From contig DASSBC010000078.1 in the NCBI GenBank assembly GCA_035699125.1, forward strand, positions 13,603 to 77,602: 64,000 nt of DNA, given 5' to 3'. A program made the position numbers and the translations under genes. This DNA is from Anaerolineales bacterium (GTDB lineage Bacteria > Chloroflexota > Anaerolineae > Anaerolineales > Villigracilaceae). The notes under the pieces were generated by a model that did not search any database, was not told where the DNA came from, and saw nothing but the letters and a program-made list of their open reading frames with translations. Shown here piece after piece: positions 44,497 to 54,802 of this stretch (position 1 is the first letter of the stretch; each line of letters opens with the position of its first letter).

Positions 44497-45978
44497 GTGA
44501 ATAAACAGCAAATCGTCACTGCCTTATTGGCAATAGTACTGCTGTCCATTTTTTTAATCACACCAGCAAAGGCTCAGGACAGCGGTTGGTCTGAACCCTA
44601 TCGCCTATCAAGTCCAGCTGGAATGGCTAGTGAGGGCTACCTGGTTGCTGACCAATATGGCTATGTACATTGCTTCTGGAAAGAGACACTTTTTGAAGAC
44701 CAACGAACTATTATCAAATATGCGCGCTTCGACGGTGCAACATGGACCCAGCCAAATGATGTTTATGTTACGGACCTGGAAGTCCGAAACATATCAACTG
44801 TTGTGGATCAGCAGGGAATGTTGTATATCGCTTGGGCTGAGGGGCAAGGTAGTGCTGCCTATTACACCTATAAATACACTTATGCGCCGGCTAATAACGC
44901 ATTAGCAGCCCGGAGCTGGGCACCTCCCCTCCAAACCAGGCTACCCGCTAGAACTGTCTATTTGCGAGTGGATTCCAAAGGAGTTTTCCATATCCTATAT
45001 ATTAATCAAACAGAGGAATCTGGTGTTTACTATATACGCTCTGATGACAAGGGGATGACTTGGTCAGAGCCAGAATGGCTGGATCCAGATATTCTGCCAG
45101 ATCATATGCCCGATGGCCTAAATTTCGAGATTGATGAGAATGATGGACTACATGCAGCCTGGTGGTACGGCGGACTCGACCGATCCAGGCCCGACTGGGT
45201 TCGCTATGCCCATTCTCTCGACGGCGGACAAACCTGGTCATCACCGTTAACCCTTGATCGATATATCGAGGAAAGTGAACACAACCTGACGTCTGCCAGT
45301 CCTGTGATGATTGTTCAGGGGCAAACTGTGCATCTCATTTGGGCTGCCGGTAGTTTACCTTACCGCTACTATAGTTATTCAACCGATTCCGGGCAGACGT
45401 GGAGTGCACCAGTACAGATATTTGGAGAGTTGCACGGGCAAGCATTCGATGGTTTAGCCGTCGATCGGGCCGGCCGGGTGCATTTCTTTGGTCAGATCCG
45501 CTATCCACTTGCGATCTACCATAGTTATTTGGATCATGACCGCTGGAGCACACCCTCAATGGTCTACTTTGTTGATGAAGACGGTTCAGATGAGACGTTC
45601 GGAGGTCGAGTTCATGCTCACTTCACTCTGCCTGTGGTACGGGCCGGTAACCAACTCGTCCTCACCTTCACCGACCCGCCATCGGATCCTAATCGCCGGC
45701 TTTTTGCTATGTATCGCACTCTGGATGACATTCCGCCTCTTCAGAATGTACCAACGCCAGTTCCTACTGCGACACCCGTTCTCCTATCCAGCCCCACACC
45801 TGAGCAACCTACATCAATGCCAAGTCATACAGCAACAGTTCCACCGCTAGACCTGTCAGAAGACGAACCGCTAGAACGTACTCCTGCACCAGATCTTGCG
45901 ATTCGAGTGGCATTATTCCCAACTCTGGTCATACTCGGCGTTACATTTTTTTTCCAGCTATACAGACGCAGAGCTTAA
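44497..45978 (+). CDS. Secreted BNR/Asp-box repeat protein, C-terminally membrane anchored (shorter paralogue of 19937..22645)
   Basis: GTG start. Signal peptide ...LLSIFLITPAKAQ. Asp-boxes SDDKGMTW, SLDGGQTW, STDSGQTW. Pro/Thr linker, terminal TM helix, RRRA tail. Confidence 0.75.
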   Translation: MNKQQIVTALLAIVLLSIFLITPAKAQDSGWSEPYRLSSPAGMASEGYLVADQYGYVHCFWKETLFEDQRTIIKYARFDGATWTQPNDVYVTDLEVRNISTVVDQQGMLYIAWAEGQGSAAYYTYKYTYAPANNALAARSWAPPLQTRLPARTVYLRVDSKGVFHILYINQTEESGVYYIRSDDKGMTWSEPEWLDPDILPDHMPDGLNFEIDENDGLHAAWWYGGLDRSRPDWVRYAHSLDGGQTWSSPLTLDRYIEESEHNLTSASPVMIVQGQTVHLIWAAGSLPYRYYSYSTDSGQTWSAPVQIFGELHGQAFDGLAVDRAGRVHFFGQIRYPLAIYHSYLDHDRWSTPSMVYFVDEDGSDETFGGRVHAHFTLPVVRAGNQLVLTFTDPPSDPNRRLFAMYRTLDDIPPLQNVPTPVPTATPVLLSSPTPEQPTSMPSHTATVPPLDLSEDEPLERTPAPDLAIRVALFPTLVILGVTFFFQLYRRRA

Positions 45979-46017
45979 GAGCTTATATACTTTCGCCTTG
46001 AAAGCAGGAGTTTTCTG

Positions 46018-47619
46018 TTGCGTCAAATCATTCCATTCCGGCAAGCTGCATTCATCATCGTTATTTTAGCGATAGTGCAGTTCATCCTCCAGATGAGTCT
46101 CCTTGCGAAAGGCGAGGAGTATGCCGCAGTCTCGATGATCATCGATGATACCTATTACTATTTGCAGACTGCTTGGAATGCCAAAGTATTAGGCTTTGTT
46201 ACGTTTGATGGACTTCATGCGACAAACGGCGTGCAGTTGTTGTGGTTTGCCGTCATCTTCTTGCTCGCGATGCTGGTCAAAACGAAAGCCATTCTCTTAT
46301 TTACAACCCTCGCTGTGAGCTTTTTGCTAAATGGGTTTGGCTACTTGGTTATCTTAAAAATAGGAGCAGTTCTGAAGCAGCCAGTTCTGGCGCTGTTTAT
46401 GGCCAGCTTATGGGCGTTGCAAAGTCTTCCTTTTAGAATATATTCAATAGGCATGGAAAATTCATTACATGCTCTGGTATTCTGGTGTGTTATATGGCAA
46501 AGTGTAGAATTTCTTATTCGTGTTCAGAATAAGAATAAACCGAATTTCTGGGGTTTGACAATCGTTCTCGTTCTTAACGCATGGACACGCCTCGATTCGG
46601 CACTTCTCTCGACCATCTTGTTTGTCTTTTGTACAGGAATGCTTGTATATACGTATCGACAAGATATGCGGTTATTTTTTCAGAGGCATGGGAAAGCCAT
46701 AGCTGGATCGAGTATCTTGGCGGGTCTGGGCCTGATTGCTCAATTAACTGCTTTTCGGCTTATGGGGGATTCTTTTCTGCCAGTGTCCGCGTTGATCAAG
46801 ACAAGCGCTGTAGCTGGAGGATCAGAAGTCGAATCGATAGATAAGGCAGTCGAAGTCTTTCTATTGGGTATGCCTTCGATTCTTCAGGGTCGTTTTTCCC
46901 CTTTCCCACTCGTTTTGGTTGGAATTTCTGGCATTCTGCTTGTCATCCTCACAAGAGTGATCATAAGGGATTACTCAGATGAGATACGGGCCTTTTTGAA
47001 CCTTTGGTCATGCCTGTTGGTTGGCGAGATCGTCTATTATGTTTATGTTGCACTTTCCGGAGCGGAATATAGGCCTTATTTTGTCTGGTACCGTTCCCCT
47101 TCGTTTATTTTCTGGATTATTACGGGCTCTCTGTTGGCGCTATTCACCTTTACGCATAATAGGCTGGTTAAAAATCACACTCATCGTCTTAAATGGTTGC
47201 AAGTGGGCTTTAGCTTAGCCATCTTCACTGTCGCTACATATATGTTTGCGAGGGGCATAAACTTTACATCCAGATTATATGTTGCAAGATATGAGGCCGC
47301 CCTTTGGATTGCAGAGAATTTCCCGCCTGACGCTGTCTTTGCCGCATGGAATGCCGGTCAGCTTAGTTTTTTCTCGGATCGAACCTTTATCAACCTGGAT
47401 GGGTTAATCAACGATGTTGATTACTATGAGCGTGTCCTGCGCGGCTCAGTTCCACTAGCTGATTACCTCGCCCAAAATAAAGTTGACTATATCGTTGACT
47501 ATTCGATCTATGATACAGTCCCTAATTATCCCGTTATAAAAACGTTTCCACTTTACGATGAAACGGGGCGATCCATTCATATCTGGCAGGTCTCGTCACC
47601 TCTTTCTTCGGCTCCATGA
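46018..47619 (+). CDS. Polytopic membrane protein, GT-C-like (related to 18349..19908)
   Basis: TTG start with AGGAG 7 nt upstream. First-loop motif MIIDDTYYYLQTAWNAKVLGFVTFDG aligns by eye with AEDAYITYRYAENWVTTGSLVYNEG of 18349..19908. About 12 helices plus a C-terminal soluble part. Confidence 0.5.
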   Translation: MRQIIPFRQAAFIIVILAIVQFILQMSLLAKGEEYAAVSMIIDDTYYYLQTAWNAKVLGFVTFDGLHATNGVQLLWFAVIFLLAMLVKTKAILLFTTLAVSFLLNGFGYLVILKIGAVLKQPVLALFMASLWALQSLPFRIYSIGMENSLHALVFWCVIWQSVEFLIRVQNKNKPNFWGLTIVLVLNAWTRLDSALLSTILFVFCTGMLVYTYRQDMRLFFQRHGKAIAGSSILAGLGLIAQLTAFRLMGDSFLPVSALIKTSAVAGGSEVESIDKAVEVFLLGMPSILQGRFSPFPLVLVGISGILLVILTRVIIRDYSDEIRAFLNLWSCLLVGEIVYYVYVALSGAEYRPYFVWYRSPSFIFWIITGSLLALFTFTHNRLVKNHTHRLKWLQVGFSLAIFTVATYMFARGINFTSRLYVARYEAALWIAENFPPDAVFAAWNAGQLSFFSDRTFINLDGLINDVDYYERVLRGSVPLADYLAQNKVDYIVDYSIYDTVPNYPVIKTFPLYDETGRSIHIWQVSSPLSSAP

Positions 47620-47677
47620 TCAAGGTTTTGCTGAAAGCATCTCATGGATGTCTTTAGTCCGTCATCGTAGTTGCCTT

Positions 47678-47705
47678 GCGACGCATTTGCGTCGCCGCAT
47701 TTTAG
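47678..47705 (+). terminator. Candidate intrinsic terminator/attenuator upstream of the protease gene
   Basis: GC-rich 7-bp stem GCGACGC / GCGTCGC with loop ATTT (47678-47695), followed by CGCATTTTAG. Confidence 0.35.
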
Positions 47706-47727
47706 AACTCATAGAGGAGAACAAACA

Positions 47728-50088
47728 ATGAAGAATCGTGGACTGTTCAAGCTTCGCCTGATCTTTGGAGTCTTATTGCTAGTGATGACTCTTTCCACCG
47801 GCTGGTACAGCTCTGTGGAAGCGAGTCCCGGTGCCGTCCCGCCTGTCGCACCGAAGCATCAGACCAACACGGATGGCTTGCCGACTAACCAGATCATTAT
47901 CAAGTATCGAGCGGACGCGAATGCGACCGACGGCAATGGGCAGATTAAGACAGATAAGATGAATGCCCTCAAAACGGCGGGAGGCGTAACGCTGACTTAC
48001 AAACGAGGCATGTCTGGTGATGCACATGTAGTGAAATTGTCAACTCGTATGTCGCCAGCCTCAGTCGCAGCTATCGCCAGGAAACTCGCAGCACTGCCAG
48101 ATGTTGAATATGCCGAGCCCGATTACATGATGCGCCCCATGCTGGTTCCGAACGACCCTTCTTATACTGCGCAGTGGCATTACTATGGACCACAGGGGAT
48201 CAATGCGCCGGCCGCCTGGGATATTACAACTGGCTCGGCAGCTGTCCGGGTGGCTGTTATTGATACTGGGATTACTGACCATCCTGATCTCGCCGGACGT
48301 TGGGTAGGCGGCTATGACTTCATCGCGGATGTGCCCACCGCTAATGATGGGAATGGACGCGATAGTGACCCGCACGATCCGGGTGATTGGGTTACAGCGA
48401 ATATGTGTGGCTTGGGCGAGCCAGCTGAAAGCAGTAGTTGGCATGGTACGCATGTGGCTGGGACCATCGGTGCCGCCAGTAATAATGGGTTGGGCGTGGC
48501 TGGCATTAACTGGGTCTCGCCGATTGTGCCTGTGCGTGTACTGGGCCGTTGCGGTGGCTTCACTTCCGACATTGTGGATGGAATGCGCTGGGCTGCTGGG
48601 TTATCCGTGTCCGGAGTTCCAATAAATACCAATCCAGCTAAAGTGCTCAACCTGAGTCTGGGTGGCGGAGGCTCGTGCAGCGCTACATACCAAAACGCTA
48701 TCAACGCTATTAATGCTGCTGGGGCGATCATCGTTGTCTCGGCCGGCAACAGCAACGCCAACGCAGCCAACTTCACACCTGCCAGTTGCAACGGTGTAGT
48801 GACAGTTGCATCCACAGATCGGGACGGCAACCGGGCGTTTTACAGCAACTTTGGTACTGCCGTGGAAATCAGCGCACCGGGAGGTGAAACCAACACAAAC
48901 TCTCCCAGTCCCGCCCCGCAGAATGGCGTCTTATCTACCTTGAATAGTGGGCTGACAACGCCTGGCGCTGCGTCATACGCTTATTACCAGGGCACGAGTA
49001 TGGCGGCGCCACACATTACCGGTGTCTTGTCCCTGATGGTGTCGCTTGACCCGACACTCAACTTCACGCAAAGCCTTCAGATTCTCCAAAGCTCCGCGCG
49101 CGCTTTTCCAGTTGGCAGCAATTGCACCACCTCTACATGTGGCAGTGGAATCGTGGATGCAGCCGCCGCTCTGAATGCGGTGCTCAATCCTCCTCCAACT
49201 TCGACCGCTGGCCCTTCATCGACCGCCACTCGCACCAACACACCGGGCAGCGGGAAAGCTACACGCACCCCAACGCCCACTCGCACGCCCACCCCTACTC
49301 GGACACCAACAGCAACAGGGACAAATACTGCAACGGCTACAGCCACTGCCACCTTCACCGAGATCGGGCCGTCCCCCACGCACACTTTCACCGCAACAGC
49401 AACCCTGACGTTCACTCCAACACACACATTGACTTCCAGCAACACACCCGGTATCGACGATCTCATCTTTGCCGATGGGTTTGAGAGCGGCGATCTGGTG
49501 GCATGGACATCCAATATGGCGGACGGCGGCGACTTAAGTGTCAGCCCCAGCGCTGCACTTGTCGGAGGCCAGGGTCTGCAAGCTGTCATCGACGACAACA
49601 ATACTATTGTCGTTATCGATGACAGCCCGACTGCCGAAACACGATATCGAGCGCGCTTCTACTTCGATCCCAACTCAATCCCCATGGGGAATAACAATGC
49701 ACACTTGATCTTTCAAGGATTCTCCGGAAGTGGAAACACCCAGGTGCTCCAATTGGAGTTGCGCTTCCAGGCAGGAGGGTATCAGCTACGCGCGCTACTG
49801 GTAAATGATGCCAAAGGATGGACTTCAACAAACTGGATTCCCATAGGCGATGCTCCACACGCAATTGAGCTGGATTGGCGGGCAGCTACTGCTGCCGGGG
49901 CAAACAACGGCGGTCTAACGTTTTGGATTGACGGAGTCCAGCAAGCCGACTTGACCGGTGTGGACAATGATACACGTCGTATCGACCGGGTTTACCTGGG
50001 CGCGGCCAGCGGAATCGACAATGGCACACGTGGCGCCTACTACTTTGACGCTTTTGAGTCACGTCGCTTAACCTTTATTGGCCCGTAG
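47728..50088 (+). CDS. Secreted subtilisin-like (S8) serine protease with Thr/Pro linker and C-terminal jelly-roll-like domain
   Basis: SD GAGGAGA 7 nt upstream. Signal peptide. Catalytic triad contexts VAVIDTGI (Asp), [11 protein letters not shown] (His), [11 protein letters not shown] (Ser). TRTPTP x3 linker. About 230-aa C-terminal domain beginning [15 protein letters not shown]. The track start at 47671 (TTG) adds 19 codons. Confidence 0.9.
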   Translation: MKNRGLFKLRLIFGVLLLVMTLSTGWYSSVEASPGAVPPVAPKHQTNTDGLPTNQIIIKYRADANATDGNGQIKTDKMNALKTAGGVTLTYKRGMSGDAHVVKLSTRMSPASVAAIARKLAALPDVEYAEPDYMMRPMLVPNDPSYTAQWHYYGPQGINAPAAWDITTGSAAVRVAVIDTGITDHPDLAGRWVGGYDFIADVPTANDGNGRDSDPHDPGDWVTANMCGLGEPAESSSWHGTHVAGTIGAASNNGLGVAGINWVSPIVPVRVLGRCGGFTSDIVDGMRWAAGLSVSGVPINTNPAKVLNLSLGGGGSCSATYQNAINAINAAGAIIVVSAGNSNANAANFTPASCNGVVTVASTDRDGNRAFYSNFGTAVEISAPGGETNTNSPSPAPQNGVLSTLNSGLTTPGAASYAYYQGTSMAAPHITGVLSLMVSLDPTLNFTQSLQILQSSARAFPVGSNCTTSTCGSGIVDAAAALNAVLNPPPTSTAGPSSTATRTNTPGSGKATRTPTPTRTPTPTRTPTATGTNTATATATATFTEIGPSPTHTFTATATLTFTPTHTLTSSNTPGIDDLIFADGFESGDLVAWTSNMADGGDLSVSPSAALVGGQGLQAVIDDNNTIVVIDDSPTAETRYRARFYFDPNSIPMGNNNAHLIFQGFSGSGNTQVLQLELRFQAGGYQLRALLVNDAKGWTSTNWIPIGDAPHAIELDWRAATAAGANNGGLTFWIDGVQQADLTGVDNDTRRIDRVYLGAASGIDNGTRGAYYFDAFESRRLTFIGP
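49261..49314 (+). repeat. Three tandem 18-nt units encoding (TRTPTP)x3 inside the protease linker
   Basis: acacgcaccccaacgccc / actcgcacgcccacccct / actcggacaccaacagca. The units are conserved at the peptide level and degenerate at third codon positions. Confidence 0.8.
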
Positions 50089-50113
50089 GGCTGATCGTCT
50101 CTCATATCACAAT

Positions 50114-50158
50114 TTCCCGATTCTGAGCGCGCTACGAAGGGGCGCTCAGAATCGGGAA
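50114..50158 (+). terminator. Perfect 17-bp hairpin downstream of the protease gene
   Basis: TTCCCGATTCTGAGCGC (50114-50130), 11-nt loop, GCGCTCAGAATCGGGAA (50142-50158). No U-tract follows. Confidence 0.5.
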
Positions 50159-50185
50159 TGTAAGTGCAGCGGAGCAACACGTTAA

Positions 50186-51451
50186 ATGCGGATTCTCTTT
50201 CTCTCGAACTTCTTTCCCCCAGCCCGTCCAGGCGGTTACACCCAATGGTGTCAGGAGGTAGCTGAACGCTTGGCTGGGCAGGGTCATACGATTGGAGTTC
50301 TGACCAGCCGCTATGAATTGGAGAAGGCGCCGGCGAGCGAGCAGAACATATTTCGTCTTCTCCACCTCGAAGGAGATCTTGCTTATTACCAACCGTTCCA
50401 TTTTTTCACCAGATGGAAGGAACAGCATAGCGAAAACCTGGCATTTCTGGAACAGGCCGTTACGGACTTCGCCCCAGATTTAATCTTTGTCTGGGGGATG
50501 TGGGCTCTTTCTAAAACACTACCAGCCTTGGCTGAAAAGCTATTACCCGGTCGCGTGGTTTATTACCTATCTGACTACTGGCCATCAGCTTTAGATATGC
50601 ACACTGCGTACTGGCAATCACCAACTCGACATGGTCCTATGCGAGTACCAAAACGAATTCTAGGCAAGGCTGCAATGTCAATGCTCGCTAAAGAAGGCCA
50701 ACCTGACCTGAAATTCGAGCACGTAATTTGCGTGAGTGCCAGGGTGCGCGAACTCCTCGTTGAGGCGGGTTTGCCTGTCCAGCATGCTCGTATCATCCAT
50801 GGTGGTACAGCTATAGGACGATTCTTGGACGTTCGCAAGCGAGAGTATTCATCCGGCTGTTTAAAGTTACTCTACGCTGGCCAATTGGTCCGTCATAAAG
50901 GCGTTCACACGGCTGTTGAGGCGATGGCGCGGTTGGTGAATCGGCGGAAAATCCACCAGGTCACCTTGACGCTTGTTGGGTCAGGTCATCCTGAGTACGA
51001 GTCCTATTTGCGGCAACTGGTTGAGAAAGAGCATTTGCAGGACTATGTGATATTCCACAAATCGGTTTCGAAAGACCAAATGCCAGCCATCTTACAGCAG
51101 TATGATGTTCTTATTTTTCCATCCATATACGAGGAACCTCTTGCCCGTATGACACAGGAGGCAATGGCTTCAGGTTTAGTGGTGGTTGGGACGACCACCG
51201 GTGGTACAACGGAAATATTGAAGGATGGCGAGACAGGGTTGACGTTTGCACCAGAAGATGCGGATGGTTTGACTGAACAAGTTACCCGGCTCTTCAACGA
51301 TTCAGGCTTGTGTTGCCGCCTTGCCCAAGCGGGTCGCCAGACCGTGTTGGAGAATTTTACGTTAGACAAAATGGTAAAAGAAATCGAAGATTTTCTTTTA
51401 GAGTGTTTCACCAGAAGTTCAAAGGTCCAGGGATTCGATCTCGAGAGATAA
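50186..51451 (+). CDS. GT4-family glycosyltransferase
   Basis: 421 aa. MRILFLSNFFPP start. ...EEPLARMTQEAMASGLVVVGTTTGGTTEILKDGETGLTF.... Confidence 0.85.
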   Translation: MRILFLSNFFPPARPGGYTQWCQEVAERLAGQGHTIGVLTSRYELEKAPASEQNIFRLLHLEGDLAYYQPFHFFTRWKEQHSENLAFLEQAVTDFAPDLIFVWGMWALSKTLPALAEKLLPGRVVYYLSDYWPSALDMHTAYWQSPTRHGPMRVPKRILGKAAMSMLAKEGQPDLKFEHVICVSARVRELLVEAGLPVQHARIIHGGTAIGRFLDVRKREYSSGCLKLLYAGQLVRHKGVHTAVEAMARLVNRRKIHQVTLTLVGSGHPEYESYLRQLVEKEHLQDYVIFHKSVSKDQMPAILQQYDVLIFPSIYEEPLARMTQEAMASGLVVVGTTTGGTTEILKDGETGLTFAPEDADGLTEQVTRLFNDSGLCCRLAQAGRQTVLENFTLDKMVKEIEDFLLECFTRSSKVQGFDLER

Positions 51452-51454
51452 AGA

Positions 51455-53803
51455 ATGCGGATTCTATTTCTTACCAACTTTTATCTGGTTCAAGAAACGG
51501 GAGGGGAAGATCAATCGTGCCAGCAAGTCGTCCAGGGCCTGATAGAGCGAGGGCATACGACGCTTGTTTTGACAAGCATGCATGGAACTGGCAATGTACC
51601 CGTGGAAACAGATGGAGTTTACCGATCCTTATACCTGGAGATGGACTTGGTCCCCTGGCGGCATAGTTTAACATTCTTTACTCGGCGAAAGGCAAGAGAG
51701 CAACATAATTTACGGTACCTGGAGCGAGTTCTAGAGGAGTTTTCCCCGGACATCGTCTTCATCTGGGGTATGTGGAACCTGCCCTGGTCGCTGGCTGCGT
51801 TAGCTGAGTCCAAATATCCCGATAAAGTCGTCTACCGATTTGCCACATACTGGCCCACTTTACCCAGCCAGCACGAATTATATTGGCGCGCGCCGGGACG
51901 TAGTTGGTATAGCAAATTAACCAAAAGGATATTGGGCAAAGTAGCGTTGGCACTCCTGGTCAGAGAGAATCAGCGTCCCCGGTTGAACTTTAAGCATGCG
52001 ATGTGTGTCAGTGCTACGACTCGAAAACGGCTGGTCGAAGCCGGAATCCCAGTGGCAAACGCGCGGGTCATCTATACGGGCATTGACCCTCAACGATATT
52101 TGAGCAAATCAGATAACCACAAACTCAGCGGCGACAATCCGGTTTTTAATTTACTGTACGCGGGTCGGTTGGTGGCTGAGAAGGGTGTAGGCACAGTCAT
52201 CCAGGCACTGGGAAAACTCATATTGGATCAGGGTATGCGAAATGTAAGATTGAGTTTAGCCGGATCTGGATCTACGGACTACCAAAGCTATTTACAACGT
52301 CTCGCGACTCAAGCCGGGCTGGATGAGTATGTGTCTTTTTTAGGACATGTGCAACCAGAAGAAATGCCCCGGTTACTACAGCAATGTGACGTGCTCTTGC
52401 TGCCCTCCACCTGGGAGGAGCCCTTCTCCAGGATGGTGTTAGAGGGGATGATCTCAGGCCTGGTCGTAATAGCAACTCCAACCGGCGGAACGATTGAGAT
52501 TCTGGAAGATGGTGAAAATGGATTGCTATTCACGCCTAATGATCCTGAAGATTTGGCAAGGAAGATTGTCAGACTCGTCGAGGATCCTATATTGCGTAAA
52601 AAGCTGGCTAACGCCGGCCGGCAAACCGTCATGGAGAGATTTACCATAACTAAAATGATGAATGAAATTGAAAATTACCTTCAGGAGGTTGCTCATCCGT
52701 CATCCGCCAAGATTGAGAGTCGGCCTGACGTTATGGAATTCATGCAAGCACCACCTACAGTTAGTGTTGTTATTCCCACCTACAACCACAAAGGAGCGCT
52801 CCGGGGAACACTGCAGTGGCTCGCCAAGCAAACCTACCCAAGCAATCGCTTCGAGGTAATCATTGTGGATGATGGCTCCACGGACGGGACGGAGGAGATT
52901 ACGGCGGAATCATTTCCCTTCGCTCTACGCTATATTCAGCAGAGCAATCAAGGTGACGCAGCAGCGCGTAACTTTGGTGTCCAACAGAGTCAGGCAGACA
53001 TACTGGTTTTCCTGGATGATGATATTTTGGTGGAGCCTGATTACTTAACCTACCTCATCCAGGCTCAAGCCATGGAGGAAGATCGGGTTGTGGTTGGGAC
53101 CTGGGATCTCTGGCCGACGAAAACATCTGGCACATCTTACTCCTCACAGGCTCTGTTGGATTCGGGCACTTACTACACCCGTTCTGGACTTTCTGAGAAC
53201 TCGAGTAATGGCTCAGACCATACTAATCAGGTAGTCGAACTGCCATTCCGAGACATCCACAGCAACAATATGGCTCTCAGGCGCGAAGCCTATTTTGAGA
53301 TTGGAATGATGCAGCCTCTGGAATTTTCGGGTTCCAGTATGTGGTGTGATCTCGAGTTTACTTATCGCGCTCATCGTCAAGGTTATAAATTTTTTCGAAG
53401 CACCAGGGCTGTTTGTTGGCACCGAGATCGTTCGGCCGACACTCTGGATGGGTTTAAGAAACGCATGAGAGTTGCTGCCTATCGCTCCGTAACGCTTTTC
53501 CAAAAACATCCTGAATTACTCGTTCATGTTCCTATGTTTTATGACAAAACGCCGATTAACTGGCAGCAGGATCCACCGCGCCTCATCGCCCGTAAATTGG
53601 TCCGCGCTCTCGTCTCTTCTCGACCGGCGCTGTGGAGCATGGAACGAATCGTAAGTACCCTGGAGAAGCACTACCCAGACTCTGGTATGCTTCCCATTCT
53701 CTACCGATATGTCATTGGCGGCTCTATCTTTCAGGGCTATCGGGAGGGACTGGGCGAATTCGGACAGGTACCTAATAACGATAAATCTGTTCTGCTAGCT
53801 TAG
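51455..53803 (+). CDS. Bifunctional GT4 (N-terminal) - GT2 (C-terminal) glycosyltransferase fusion
   Basis: 782 aa. The N-terminal ~400 aa are paralogous to 50186..51451 (MRILFLTNFY..., EEPFSRMVLEGMISGLVVIATPTGGTIEILEDGENGLLF). The C-terminal half carries VSVVIPTYNHKG...EVIIVDDGSTDGT...FLDDDI. Confidence 0.85.
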   Translation: MRILFLTNFYLVQETGGEDQSCQQVVQGLIERGHTTLVLTSMHGTGNVPVETDGVYRSLYLEMDLVPWRHSLTFFTRRKAREQHNLRYLERVLEEFSPDIVFIWGMWNLPWSLAALAESKYPDKVVYRFATYWPTLPSQHELYWRAPGRSWYSKLTKRILGKVALALLVRENQRPRLNFKHAMCVSATTRKRLVEAGIPVANARVIYTGIDPQRYLSKSDNHKLSGDNPVFNLLYAGRLVAEKGVGTVIQALGKLILDQGMRNVRLSLAGSGSTDYQSYLQRLATQAGLDEYVSFLGHVQPEEMPRLLQQCDVLLLPSTWEEPFSRMVLEGMISGLVVIATPTGGTIEILEDGENGLLFTPNDPEDLARKIVRLVEDPILRKKLANAGRQTVMERFTITKMMNEIENYLQEVAHPSSAKIESRPDVMEFMQAPPTVSVVIPTYNHKGALRGTLQWLAKQTYPSNRFEVIIVDDGSTDGTEEITAESFPFALRYIQQSNQGDAAARNFGVQQSQADILVFLDDDILVEPDYLTYLIQAQAMEEDRVVVGTWDLWPTKTSGTSYSSQALLDSGTYYTRSGLSENSSNGSDHTNQVVELPFRDIHSNNMALRREAYFEIGMMQPLEFSGSSMWCDLEFTYRAHRQGYKFFRSTRAVCWHRDRSADTLDGFKKRMRVAAYRSVTLFQKHPELLVHVPMFYDKTPINWQQDPPRLIARKLVRALVSSRPALWSMERIVSTLEKHYPDSGMLPILYRYVIGGSIFQGYREGLGEFGQVPNNDKSVLLA

Positions 53804-53882
53804 ATGACTGTCTATCCTTGCTGAGGCATGTGTAGTGTGTCATGCCAGTTGTGGCTTCGCAATACTATTGGACCCTAATATC

Positions 53883-54797
53883 ATGATACTTTCCATTATC
53901 ATTGTCAGTTGGAACACGCGCCAGGATCTGCTGCGCTGCCTTGCCTCGATCTGGGAAAATTCCCCGTCCTGTTCGTTCGAAGTAATCGTATTCGACAACG
54001 CTTCAAAAGACGGTACCCCGGAGGTAGTTTCTGCCGAGTATCCGCAAGTCCGCCTGACGGTTAGCCCTGAGAATTTGGGCTTTGCCCGGGCAAACAATCA
54101 GGCAGTCTCCCTCGCGCAAGGTCAGTTCTGGTTGTTGCTCAACCCGGATACCATCGTGCACCCTGGCGCACTCGATGCGCTTATGCGCTACTTGGCCGGG
54201 CATCCTCGTGTGGCAGGGGTTGGGCCTCGTCTGGTTAACCCAGATGGCTCCCTGCAAACATCTATTGAGCGCCTGCCCTCTCTCTTCCGCGAATGGTGGC
54301 GACTATTCCATCTTGATCGCCTCCATCCGGTTAGCCAGTACCCGCCGGCGGTCTTAGCATCGCAGGCGCCACAACAGGTGGAGGTCCTCAATGGTGCCTG
54401 TCTCCTGTTGCGCGCCGACGTTGTGCGACCAATGGGATTGTTTGACGACGATTACTTTGTCTATTCCGAAGAGATTGATTTGTGCGACCGCCTGCGCCAG
54501 GTGGGCTGGGAGCTTCACTGGCTGCCAGAGGCAGTCGTCACTCATGCCGTGGGCCGCAGTACCAGCCAGGTGGCTGACTCAATGTTCATCGAACTCTACC
54601 GAAACAAGATCAAGTTCTTCCGCAAGCGGCGCAGCGCTTTAGCCGGAATACTTTACAAATTTATTCTGTTTCAAGCCTCATTAGCGCGTTTTGCACTGGG
54701 TCACATAACCCGCGCCCTGCCAGCTTCTCGTCGGCGGGCCTGGGTTGAGGTCGCCCGGCAATATGGTCTCCTATTAAATACTTTGTCGAGCCTATAG
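53883..54797 (+). CDS. GT2-family glycosyltransferase
   Basis: MILSIIIVSWNTRQDLLRCL, EVIVFDNASKDGT, NLGFARANNQ, LLLNPDT. The track start at 53835 adds 16 codons. Confidence 0.85.
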   Translation: MILSIIIVSWNTRQDLLRCLASIWENSPSCSFEVIVFDNASKDGTPEVVSAEYPQVRLTVSPENLGFARANNQAVSLAQGQFWLLLNPDTIVHPGALDALMRYLAGHPRVAGVGPRLVNPDGSLQTSIERLPSLFREWWRLFHLDRLHPVSQYPPAVLASQAPQQVEVLNGACLLLRADVVRPMGLFDDDYFVYSEEIDLCDRLRQVGWELHWLPEAVVTHAVGRSTSQVADSMFIELYRNKIKFFRKRRSALAGILYKFILFQASLARFALGHITRALPASRRRAWVEVARQYGLLLNTLSSL

Positions 54798-54802
54798 CAG
54801 TT

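Noticed and set aside
49180-49440. Possible CRISPR-like or satellite repeat signal in the protease linker
   Set aside because: The periodicity is 18 nt, lies in frame, is conserved at the peptide level (TRTPTP) and is degenerate at synonymous sites. That makes it a coding low-complexity linker, not a CRISPR array.
48312-49601. 172-aa and 174-aa minus-strand ORFs, plus several short plus-strand ORFs over the protease linker
   Set aside because: They arise from the repetitive Thr/Pro/Ala-coding, GC-rich region of the S8 protease gene. The protease frame carries the catalytic triad.
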